DNA of 64,000 bases from Candidatus Wallbacteria bacterium. Its GTDB lineage: Bacteria > Muiribacteriota > UBA6191 > JACPRK01. The DNA lies in the NCBI GenBank assembly GCA_016213845.1, contig JACQZN010000082.1, forward strand, positions 32,431 through 96,430, written 5' to 3'. The stretch's first letter is position 1. Each line of letters opens with the position of its first letter. The translations under genes and the position numbers were made by a program. The notes under the pieces were generated by a model that made no database searches, was not told the origin of the DNA, and worked only from the letters and a program-made list of their open reading frames with translations. Shown here one piece after another: positions 1 through 8,499 of this stretch.

Positions 1-1
1 C

Positions 2-856
2 TCGCGCCGTCAGCTCCAGATCCTCGACGAGAACATCGCGCTCTCCATGCAGCTTGCCGAGGTGGCTCGCGTGCGGTACGCGACGGGACTGGCCATCCAA
101 CAGGACGTGCTCAAGGCGCAGGTGGAGGCCGCCCGTTATGAAAACGAGCGGCTGGCCATGGAGCGGATGGAGGGGGTCGCCCGCGCGATGCTGAATCAGC
201 TGCTGGCCCGCCCGGGAGATACGCCCTTGCCCCCTGCCGCGGTCCCGGCCACGGCTCGCTCGTCGGCCACCGCCGCCGAGCTGGAGGCAATTGCCCAGGG
301 CAGCCGGCCCGAGATCCTCGCCGCGGCTGCCGCGCTGGCGCAGGCCGAGGCCGAGCTGGGGGCAACGACGGCCGATCGGAGCCGGCCCGACCTCGAAGGC
401 CAGGTCGGCTACATGGAAAACCCGCGCGGGGACTCCTCGGCCTGGCAGGCGATGGTGAAGATCAACATGCCGTGGTTCAGCGCCCGCCGGGACTCCGAAG
501 TGGCCGAGGCTGTCGCGGGAAAGGAGGGCGAGCGCCGCCGTCTGGACGCCGTCCGGAACAGGACCTCGTTTCTGATTCACGAGGCGCTACTGCGCGTCTC
601 GGAGGCTGAACGATCGGTCTCGCTCTTCGCGGAGCGGCTCTTGCCGCAGGCCAGGCAGACGCTCGACTCCGCGCGGGCAAACTACGAGACGAACCAGACC
701 GACTTCTTGACCGTCGTCGATGCGCAGCGCTCGCTCGAGGAGTCCTCGATGGCGCACGTTCGAGCTGTGGCCGACCTGGCCCGGCGGTTGGCGGAGCTGG
801 AGCGCGCGGTCGGGGCGCCTGGTGGTGTCTGGGCGGTACAGGAGGTGCGGCGATGA
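2..856 (+). CDS. TolC/CusC-type outer-membrane efflux protein, 5'-truncated by the window edge
   Basis: Frame is open from nt 2 (SRRQLQILDENIALSM...). It has OEP-like helical repeats (ARVRYATG...QDVLKAQVE; ARANYETNQTDFLTVVDAQR...LAELERAVG) and an ATGA overlap with the next gene. Confidence 0.88.
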   Translation, partial: SRRQLQILDENIALSMQLAEVARVRYATGLAIQQDVLKAQVEAARYENERLAMERMEGVARAMLNQLLARPGDTPLPPAAVPATARSSATAAELEAIAQGSRPEILAAAAALAQAEAELGATTADRSRPDLEGQVGYMENPRGDSSAWQAMVKINMPWFSARRDSEVAEAVAGKEGERRRLDAVRNRTSFLIHEALLRVSEAERSVSLFAERLLPQARQTLDSARANYETNQTDFLTVVDAQRSLEESSMAHVRAVADLARRLAELERAVGAPGGVWAVQEVRR

Positions 857-2349
857 ACGGGAGGAAGCCAAGCCGGCGTCGTGCCGGCCAGGTAGCGATG
901 GGACTGGTCCTGGTGGCGGTCGCCGTCACAGGGTTCGCGCTGGGGTACTTCCTGCGGCCGGGGACGGGCGGGGGATCTCCAGCGCCGACGTCTGGCGGCG
1001 CTGCCCCGGAGCGCAAGAGCGTCTGGACCTGCTCGATGCACCCGCAAGTGAGGCTGCCTGAGGCGGGCAGCTGTCCCATCTGCTCGATGCCGCTGATTCC
1101 GGCGGAGGCCGGGCCGGCCTCCGGCGAGGCGCCCACGCTCACGCTGGGCCCAGCGGCGCTCGCCATGGCCAGCGTCGAGACGGCCCAGGCCACTCGGCGC
1201 AAGCTCTCGCGCGAGCTCAGGCTGCTCGGAAAGGTTCAGTACAACGAGACGGCCCTGGCGACCGTGACCTCACGCATCGACGGGTACATAGAGCGGCTGT
1301 TCGTCGACTACACGGGAGTACAGGTGGCCAAGGGCGACCACCTGGTCGAGATCTACAGCCCCGATTTGGTCGTGGCGCAGACGGAGCTGTTGCTGGCCGC
1401 GGGCGGCCAGCCGAGCGAGCGTCTCTTCGAGGCCGGTCGCGCCAAGCTGGTGCGTTGGGGAATCACGCGTCCTCAGATCGACGAGCTGCTCCGCACGCGC
1501 AAGGTCACCGACCGGATGACCATCTACTCGCCCGTGAAGGGGACCGTGCTCGAGAAGTCGGTCGTCGAGAAGAGCTCGGTCAAGGCCGGAGACGTCCTCT
1601 ACCGGCTAGCGAACCTCGACTCCGTCTGGGTGAGTCTCGACGTCTATGAGTTCGAGCTCGGCTCGGTGCGTCAGGGCCAACCGGTCGAGCTCTCCTCGGA
1701 GGCCTACCCCGAGCTGCGCTTCAGCGGAATCGTGACCTTCGTCAGTCCAGTGGTAGATGAGGAATCGCGTACGGTGAAGGTTCGCGTCAACGTGGCGAAT
1801 CCCGGGCACGCGCTCAAGCCTGGGATGTTCGTCAGCGCCGTGGTCCGGGCCAGGCTACTAGCCGACGGCACGCCTGGGCCGACCGGCCTGGAGGGCAAGT
1901 ACACGTGTCCGATGCACCCGGAGGTGCTGCGCGATGCCGCCGGTCCCTGCCCGATCTGCGGCATGCCGACGGAGCAGATCCCGGGGAGCGCGCCGGCGGT
2001 GAAGGACGGGCCGGCTTCGCCCGAGCTCGTCCTGACGGTGCCCCGAACGGCGGTCCTCGACAGCGGCACGCGCCAGCTGGTCTACGTCGAGAGAGCCAAA
2101 GGACAATTCGAGTCGGTCGAAATCCGGACCGGGCCGCGCGCCGGCGAGCACGTTCCCGTTCTGGCCGGGCTGAAGGAAGGGGACAAGGTCGCCATCCGTG
2201 GGGCGTTCCTGCTCGACAGCCAGTTCCAGATCCAGGGGATGAAGAGCCTGCTGGAGCCTGGGCCCGCGGCGGGTCCTGCCGAGGCCGGGGAAGCGGGGTC
2301 GGCCGGCTCGGCCGGGTCCGCAGGCGATCGTCACGAACCGGCGCGCTGA
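853..2349 (+). CDS. cusB: CusB-type RND periplasmic adaptor with two heavy-metal-binding (TCxMHP...CPIC) domains
   Basis: N-terminal TM; WTCSMHP..GSCPIC and YTCPMHP..GPCPICGM; RIDGYIERLFVD, IYSPDL..AQ.E and LKPGMF motifs. Confidence 0.92.
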   Translation: MNGRKPSRRRAGQVAMGLVLVAVAVTGFALGYFLRPGTGGGSPAPTSGGAAPERKSVWTCSMHPQVRLPEAGSCPICSMPLIPAEAGPASGEAPTLTLGPAALAMASVETAQATRRKLSRELRLLGKVQYNETALATVTSRIDGYIERLFVDYTGVQVAKGDHLVEIYSPDLVVAQTELLLAAGGQPSERLFEAGRAKLVRWGITRPQIDELLRTRKVTDRMTIYSPVKGTVLEKSVVEKSSVKAGDVLYRLANLDSVWVSLDVYEFELGSVRQGQPVELSSEAYPELRFSGIVTFVSPVVDEESRTVKVRVNVANPGHALKPGMFVSAVVRARLLADGTPGPTGLEGKYTCPMHPEVLRDAAGPCPICGMPTEQIPGSAPAVKDGPASPELVLTVPRTAVLDSGTRQLVYVERAKGQFESVEIRTGPRAGEHVPVLAGLKEGDKVAIRGAFLLDSQFQIQGMKSLLEPGPAAGPAEAGEAGSAGSAGSAGDRHEPAR

Positions 2350-2364
2350 CGCGGGAGCAAACCG

Positions 2365-5300
2365 ATGGTCAACGCGATTGTCAGAGCCTGTCTGAGAAAT
2401 CCGGTCCTCGTGCTGTTGGTGATGGCCGCGACGTTTGCGGCCGGCTACAAGAGCATCCTCGAGACACCCGTCGACGCGATACCCGACATCGGGGAGAAGC
2501 AGGTCATCGTCTATGCCGACTGGCCCGGGCGCTCGCCCCAGGACGTCGACGATCAGGTGACCTTTCCGCTCACGACCAGCTTGACCGGCACGCCCGGGGT
2601 CAAGACGGTCCGCTCGATGTCCGGTTTCGGCTTCTCGATGGTGTTCGTCATCTTCCAGGACCAGACGGATTACTACTGGGCCCGCTCTCGCGTGCTGGAG
2701 CGGCTCAACGTGGCGCAGCAGCGCCTGCCGCAAGGCGTTGTGCCGGTGCTGGGACCCGACGCGACGGCGCTGGGCCAGGTCTACTGGTACACCGTCGAAG
2801 GGGAGGGGTTCGATCTCGCCGAGCTGCGTTCGATCCAGGACTGGTACGTTCGCTATCAGCTCAACAGCGTTGAGGGAGTCTCGGAGGTCGCCAGCGTGGG
2901 CGGCCACGTGAAGCAGTACCAGGTCGACGTCCACCCCGACAAGATGCGCGCGCATCGCGTGACGCTTCCGGAGATCTATGAGGCGATCCGCCGCTCCAAC
3001 ATCGACGTCGGCGCCAAGGTCATCGAGAAGAACGGTGTCGAGTTCTTCATTCGCGGCGTCGGATTCGTGAAGTCCGTGGCCGACCTGGAAAACGTCGTCC
3101 TGCGCCAGTCGAAGGGCACGCCACTCACCGTGCGGAACGTGGCGACCGTAACATTGGGACCCGACTTCCGCCGCGGCGCGCTCGACAAGGGCGGCGTCGA
3201 GGCAGTGGGCGGCGTGGTGCTGATGCGCTATGGCGAGAATCCGCTCCGCGTCGTGGAGCGCGTCAAGGCCAAGATCGGCCAGATCGAGGCCGGGCTGCCG
3301 AAGAAGACCCTGGCCGGCGGACGCGTGTCGAACGTCCGAATCGTCCCGTTCTACGACCGCACCGACATCGTCGTGGAGACCATCGACACGCTGAGGGAGG
3401 CGCTCACCGAGGAGGCGATCGTCGCCAGCCTCGTGATCCTGGTGTTCCTCCTGCACCTGAGGAGCACGCTCGCCACGCTCGTGACGCTGCCGCTTTCCGT
3501 GGCGCTCTGCTTCATCCTGATGCGCGCTTTCGGCGTCGACTCGAACATCATGTCGCTGGCCGGCCTGGCCATCGCGATCGGCGATGTCGCGGACATGGGC
3601 ATCATCATGACCGAAAACATCTATCGACGCGTAGCGGCCGCCGAGCGGGGGCGATCTCACTTCGAGACAGTCTACGAGGGGGCCAGCGAGGTCGCCGGCG
3701 CGATCCTCACGGCGGTGTCGAACACGTTGGTCTCCTTCATCCCGGTCTTCTTCCTCGAGGAGCAGGAGGGAAAGCTGTTCAGGCCGCTGGCCTTCACCAA
3801 GACGTTCGCCATCGGCGCCTCGGTGGTCCTGGCAGTCACGGTCGTCCCGGTGATGTGCTACCTGCTGTTCGTGCCGGTCGCCTGGCGGGCGCGGACCGTC
3901 TGGCTCGGGGGGGGCGTTTCGGGGCTGGCCTCGGGGGCCGCAATCCTCTCGGTGTTGCGCGTTTTCTACCCGCATCTGGCCGCAGGCTCCGCCGGGATTT
4001 CACTGGCCGTCGGCGTGATGGTCTGCATCTGCGTCGTGCGGATGGCCCGCGAGCGCTTCATGCCGCTGGAGGAGAACGCGGTCAGCCGTGGCGTCGTCGG
4101 GTTCTACGCGCCCGCGCTGCGCTGGATCCTCGCGCACAAGGTCCGGTTCATGGCGGCGCCGTGCCTGGTGTTGCTGGTGGGGTTGACGGTCTGGCTCGGC
4201 GTCGGCACCGTCTTCTACCCCGTGGAGTGGTGCGTCAACGGGCTTGCTGGCCGGACCGTGCTGGAGCTGGGAAAGCTGCGCTGGCAGGAGGTCGGGGAGG
4301 GCGGGGGCTCGAGGTACCGCTTGCTGCTGCGCTCCCAGGCCGCGGCGGAGCAATCCGCGGAACTGGCGGCCGGCCTGCGCGTGGTGCGCGAAGGAAGGGT
4401 GCTTCCCGGGCTCGGCCGCGAGTTCATGCCGCCGCTCGACGAAGGCTCCTTCCTCTACATGCCGTCCTTGCTTCCGCAGGCGGGGCTTTCGGTAGCCGTG
4501 GAGGTGAACGCCAAGCAGGATCTGGCAATCGCCTCGGTGCCGGAGGTGCAGTCGGTGGTCGGGAAGCTGGGGCGGGTGGAATCGGCGCTCGACCCGGCGC
4601 CGATCGGCATGTTCGAGAGCATCATCGACTTGAAGCCCCAGTGGCAGTGGCGGCGCGTGAAGGTGGAGCGGTTCTTCTCGGACTGGCCGCGGCCGATCCG
4701 GAGGGCACTGGGCTGGTTCTGGCCCGAAGAGCGAGTCCTCTCCAAGAACGAGCTGCTGGCCGAGCTGCAGGCGAAGACGGCCATTCCGGGCGTGCTGCCG
4801 ACCTTCCTCCAGCCGATCCAGACCCGGCTGGTGATGCTGCAGACGGGATTCCGCGCGATGATGGGGGTGAAGATCTTCGGCTCGGACTTGAGGGAGATCG
4901 AGCGGCTGGGACTGGCGATGGCGGAGGTGCTGCGGCACGTCCCGGGCGTCACCGACATCGTGGCCGACCGCATCGTCGGGAAGCCTTACATCCAGCTGGA
5001 GATAGAGCGAGAGAAGATTGCCCGTTACGGCGTCAACATCGGGGACGTGCAGGACGTCATCGAGATTGCGGTCGGCGGGCTCAACTTGACCGAGTCGGTC
5101 GAGGGGCGCGAACGGTATCCAATCCGTGTGCGCTACCTGAGAGACTTCCGGGAGGATGTTGCCGAGCTCGAGAAGATCCTGGTGCCGACCTCCAGTGGCG
5201 CGCATATCCCGCTGGCGCAACTCGTCACGATCCGCACGGTGACGGGTCCGCAGGAGATCAAAGGCGAGCGCGGGCTGCTGGTCGGCTACGTGACGATGAA

Positions 5301-5976
5301 CACGCGCGATCTGGATGAGGTAACGGTCGTGGAGAGCGCTCAGGCAGCGCTCCAGGCCGCCGTGGCGGCCGGCAAGCTCCAGGTGCCGAGCGGCTACTAC
5401 TGGGAGTGGGGCGGACAGTTCGAGAACCAGCAGCGTGCGATGGCCCGGATGCGCATTCTGGTGCCGACCTGCCTGGTGATCATGTTCACGATGCTCTGGA
5501 CCGGGTTCCGGCGGTGGTGGATAGCGCCCATCATATACTTCGGCGTGCTGGTGAGCGCCTCTGGCGGGTTCGTCATGCTGGCGCTCTGGGGAGCCAACCT
5601 TTCCGTGGCGGTCTGGGTTGGATTCCTGGTGCTGTTCGGCGTCGTGGATGACGACGGGGTGGTCATCGCCACCTACCTCGAGGATGTCTTCGATGGCCGC
5701 GAGTTCGATTCGGTGGCCGACATCCGCGAGGCGGTCCTGGAGGCTGGGCTGAAGCGCATCCGGCCCTGCCTGATGACCACGGCGACGACGATCTTCGGCT
5801 TGCTGCCGGTCTTCTGGACCAGCGGGCGCGGCAGCGACGTCATGCAGCCAATGGCGATCCCGTCCGTTGGCGGGATGACCATCCAGCTGATGACGCTCTT
5901 CATCGTTCCGTGCCTCTTCTGCGCCGTCGAGGAGTGGAGGTGGAAGCGGGTTTACACCGGGCGCGCCGCGCGCTAA
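2365..5976 (+). CDS. cusA: CusA/CzcA-family heavy-metal RND permease
   Basis: PVDAIPDIGEKQVIV, LGPDATALGQVYWY, EGKLFRPLAFTKT, EFMPPLDEG, KRIRPCLMT and QPMAIPSVGG motifs. Confidence 0.95.
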   Translation: MVNAIVRACLRNPVLVLLVMAATFAAGYKSILETPVDAIPDIGEKQVIVYADWPGRSPQDVDDQVTFPLTTSLTGTPGVKTVRSMSGFGFSMVFVIFQDQTDYYWARSRVLERLNVAQQRLPQGVVPVLGPDATALGQVYWYTVEGEGFDLAELRSIQDWYVRYQLNSVEGVSEVASVGGHVKQYQVDVHPDKMRAHRVTLPEIYEAIRRSNIDVGAKVIEKNGVEFFIRGVGFVKSVADLENVVLRQSKGTPLTVRNVATVTLGPDFRRGALDKGGVEAVGGVVLMRYGENPLRVVERVKAKIGQIEAGLPKKTLAGGRVSNVRIVPFYDRTDIVVETIDTLREALTEEAIVASLVILVFLLHLRSTLATLVTLPLSVALCFILMRAFGVDSNIMSLAGLAIAIGDVADMGIIMTENIYRRVAAAERGRSHFETVYEGASEVAGAILTAVSNTLVSFIPVFFLEEQEGKLFRPLAFTKTFAIGASVVLAVTVVPVMCYLLFVPVAWRARTVWLGGGVSGLASGAAILSVLRVFYPHLAAGSAGISLAVGVMVCICVVRMARERFMPLEENAVSRGVVGFYAPALRWILAHKVRFMAAPCLVLLVGLTVWLGVGTVFYPVEWCVNGLAGRTVLELGKLRWQEVGEGGGSRYRLLLRSQAAAEQSAELAAGLRVVREGRVLPGLGREFMPPLDEGSFLYMPSLLPQAGLSVAVEVNAKQDLAIASVPEVQSVVGKLGRVESALDPAPIGMFESIIDLKPQWQWRRVKVERFFSDWPRPIRRALGWFWPEERVLSKNELLAELQAKTAIPGVLPTFLQPIQTRLVMLQTGFRAMMGVKIFGSDLREIERLGLAMAEVLRHVPGVTDIVADRIVGKPYIQLEIEREKIARYGVNIGDVQDVIEIAVGGLNLTESVEGRERYPIRVRYLRDFREDVAELEKILVPTSSGAHIPLAQLVTIRTVTGPQEIKGERGLLVGYVTMNTRDLDEVTVVESAQAALQAAVAAGKLQVPSGYYWEWGGQFENQQRAMARMRILVPTCLVIMFTMLWTGFRRWWIAPIIYFGVLVSASGGFVMLALWGANLSVAVWVGFLVLFGVVDDDGVVIATYLEDVFDGREFDSVADIREAVLEAGLKRIRPCLMTTATTIFGLLPVFWTSGRGSDVMQPMAIPSVGGMTIQLMTLFIVPCLFCAVEEWRWKRVYTGRAAR

Positions 5977-6029
5977 GGGAGCTGCAGAGAGCGGGGACCA
6001 GAGCCCGCCTCAGGAGGAGGAAGAGAACC

Positions 6030-6548
6030 GTGGACAGAAGACTGCGTCTGCTGGCGTTTTCGGGAGCCATCGCGCTTGTGCTGCCCGCTGTTGCAGCGGC
6101 CTGGACGCCCAGCAGCTACTTCTACGGCGCGCGCCGGACCGCCTCGTCCGGCGGCTTCAGCTACAGCACCTACCAGGACGGTTTCAGCACGGGCGGGGAC
6201 TGCGACCCGCAGCCCGCGTACGTGGAAACCAGCTCGGACGCGGGCGAGGAGGACACGCGCACCTTCGCCACCGTGCGGCACGTCCGGAAGGTGATCCCGC
6301 GGCAGCGCGTGAACTACGAGCACGTCACGCACAACCTCAATCGCGTTCACCACGTCGTGCACGACGTCAACCAGGACGTCTACATCAAGAACGTACGGGT
6401 CCACCACAACGTGACCCGGGACCAGACGGTCCATCACTACCGCCACCACACCAACTACATCGAACAGGACGAGGATGTGAACGTGTACCACAACGAGACT
6501 CTGCCCGAGCAAGTCGAAAGCGACTGCGAGCCGGGGGCGGGCGACTGA
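6030..6548 (+). CDS. Secreted His/Val/Asn-rich hypothetical protein
   Basis: AGGAGGAGG SD precedes GTG 6030; signal peptide MDRRLRLLAFSGAIALVLPAVAAA; GC3-rich codons; TGATG coupling to the next gene. Confidence 0.75.
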   Translation: MDRRLRLLAFSGAIALVLPAVAAAWTPSSYFYGARRTASSGGFSYSTYQDGFSTGGDCDPQPAYVETSSDAGEEDTRTFATVRHVRKVIPRQRVNYEHVTHNLNRVHHVVHDVNQDVYIKNVRVHHNVTRDQTVHHYRHHTNYIEQDEDVNVYHNETLPEQVESDCEPGAGD

Positions 6549-7300
6549 TGACGCGCCCGAGGATTCGGCTACTGACGACGCTGCTCGCGGCGGGCATCGC
6601 CGCTGGCCACGCATTCGGCGGTGAGGCACCCCAGGATCGGCCTCAGCTCTTCCGGCAGCTCCAGGAGATGGCCGCCCGTCGTCCGGAGTACTCCAAGCAG
6701 ACGGGCGAGCGGTTGCTCTCCCTGGTGACGCCTCTCTGGGACAACCCGGACTACCGCCATCGGGTGGCCCATGTGCTGAACGCCAACCAGGGCCATCTCG
6801 ACGCGATCATGAACCGCGTGTTCCTGGAAGAGGAGCGCGCGGCCGGAGTCGACCTGGCCAATTTCGCGCAGGTCGATCCGAAGCTCTATCGGGGTGGTCA
6901 GCCGAGCGAGACCGGCATCCGTAAGCTCGCCCAGCTCGGGATCAAGACCGTCGTCAACCTTCGCCTGGAGGACAACTCGGAGGCGCCGCTGGTCAAGGCA
7001 GCCGGTATGGAGTACGTCCACTTGCCCGTGCCCGACACGGATGCGCCCTCCTATGGTCAGGTGAACGAGTTTCTCGGCCTGATGCACTCCGCCGCAAGCG
7101 GCAAGGTCTACGTTCACTGCGCCGCCGGAGCCCACCGGACCGGAACGATGGTCGCCCTCTGGAGAATCGAGAGCGGCTGGACCGCCGAAAAAGCGCTGGC
7201 CGAAGCGCGTAAGTACGGCTTCCAGGAAGAAGTGCTTGCCGTTGATCGACAGGCCGCGCTCATCCGGGGCTTCGTGCGCAGGCGCCCGCCGGTGGAGTAG
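6548..7300 (+). CDS. Exported protein-tyrosine/dual-specificity (CX5R) phosphatase-family protein
   Basis: LYRGGQP, GIKTVVNLR and the VHCAAGAHRTG P-loop; N-terminal signal peptide (AGHA-FG). Confidence 0.85.
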   Translation: MTRPRIRLLTTLLAAGIAAGHAFGGEAPQDRPQLFRQLQEMAARRPEYSKQTGERLLSLVTPLWDNPDYRHRVAHVLNANQGHLDAIMNRVFLEEERAAGVDLANFAQVDPKLYRGGQPSETGIRKLAQLGIKTVVNLRLEDNSEAPLVKAAGMEYVHLPVPDTDAPSYGQVNEFLGLMHSAASGKVYVHCAAGAHRTGTMVALWRIESGWTAEKALAEARKYGFQEEVLAVDRQAALIRGFVRRRPPVE

Positions 7301-7303
7301 GCG

Positions 7304-7434
7304 GGAAGGTAGAAGGTGGAAGGTGGAAGGAAGTAGCCAGTAGACAGTCGACAGTAGGGAGGCGCGTCGACGACTCCCGTGGCTACACTCCTGCCCCAGC
7401 CCCAGCCCCAGCCCTTGCCCTAGCCCTAGCCCTA
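7304..7434. repeat. Intergenic short tandem repeats: (GAAGGTR)n, (CAGTAGN)n and (GCCCYW)x7
   Basis: Read directly between two convergent stop codons; the hexamer array spans 7393-7434. Confidence 0.85.
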
Positions 7435-7509
7435 CCTCTACCCCCCCCCGGGGGAGGCCCCCCTCCCGGACCCCTCGAAGCTGCGGCCTGCAGCCTGGCA
7501 GCCTACGGC

Positions 7510-8499
7510 CTAGAGCCTCCCCCCTACGGCCCGCTCCACGGCTTCCTGGAGCGCGCCGATTGCGAGGTCGACCTTGTAGCCATTCCGCTCCAAGTGGCGG
7601 GCGGCGGCGAGCTCGGCACGGGCGGCGGACTCGAGGCGGGCGGGGGTGAGCTTGCGGCCCTGGAGTGCCTCCTCGGCGACGCGGGCTCGCCAGGGCGCAC
7701 CGGCGACTCCGCCCAGCGCGAGGCGCACGTGACGCAGCATGCCCCGATCCATGACGCACGCCGCGGCGGCGCTGGCCAGTGCGAAGGAGAAGGCGGCGCG
7801 GTCGGCGACCTTGACGTAGGCGCTGCGCGTTCCCGGGCGGGGCGAGGCGATCCTGACTTCGGTGACCAGCTCATCGGACCTGAGCACGGTGTCTCTGCCG
7901 GCATCCGATTCGTGCGGTGCTAGGAATTGCGCCAGGGGCACCAGCCGGCTGCCGCTGGCGCTGACGAGCTTGACGCGAGTGTCGAAGACGCTCAGGGCGA
8001 CCGCAGGGTCGGAGGGATGCACCGCGAGGCAGCTCGTCCGTTCAGCGCCGAGGATGGCCAGGCCGGAAGACTCCCCGTGACGCGCGGGGCACTGCGTTCC
8101 ACCCGACTTCCAGCAGTCGAAGCCCGACCGCAGGTAGAGGCAGCGTGGCCGCTGGCAGAGATTGCCGCCCAGGGTTGCGCGGTTGCGGATCTGGGGTGTC
8201 CCGACGGCCGCTGCGGCCTGGGTCAGCGCGGCGAACGGCTGGAGTGGCCGGCACTGTGGAGAGAGCTCCGAGAGCTGGGTCGTGGCGCCGATGGCGACGC
8301 CGGACCTGCTGCTCCGAACGCCGCGAAGGCGCTTCAAACTCTTGAGATCGATGATCACGCCGGGGTCGGAAAGCGACGTCCGGATCAGGTTCAGGAGCTC
8401 TGTGCCCCCGCCCAGGGCCGCCGCCTTTCCCTCGGAGCCCCAGAACATGGCCAGGGCCTGGGTCAGACTCTCAGGAGTCAGGAGCTTGAAGGGCTTCAT
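7510..8499 (-). CDS. Xanthine dehydrogenase-family FAD-binding subunit (PaoB/YagS-like, with 4Fe-4S Cys motif)
   Basis: Start MKPFKLL at 8499 overlaps the upstream stop (ATGA). Motifs: LGGGTELL, PQIRNRATLGGNLCQRPRC..C..C, HPSD, LGGVAGAPWR, NGYKVDL. Confidence 0.9.
   Translation of the reverse strand: MKPFKLLTPESLTQALAMFWGSEGKAAALGGGTELLNLIRTSLSDPGVIIDLKSLKRLRGVRSSRSGVAIGATTQLSELSPQCRPLQPFAALTQAAAAVGTPQIRNRATLGGNLCQRPRCLYLRSGFDCWKSGGTQCPARHGESSGLAILGAERTSCLAVHPSDPAVALSVFDTRVKLVSASGSRLVPLAQFLAPHESDAGRDTVLRSDELVTEVRIASPRPGTRSAYVKVADRAAFSFALASAAAACVMDRGMLRHVRLALGGVAGAPWRARVAEEALQGRKLTPARLESAARAELAAARHLERNGYKVDLAIGALQEAVERAVGGRL

Noticed and set aside
1858..3975. Long antisense and alternate-frame ORFs (e.g. 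1858-3975, 12575-14638, 32752-35556, 35772-38159, 60098-62212)
   Set aside because: They overlap well-supported genes, are Arg/Pro/Gly-rich or mirror translations, and are expected in very high-GC DNA.
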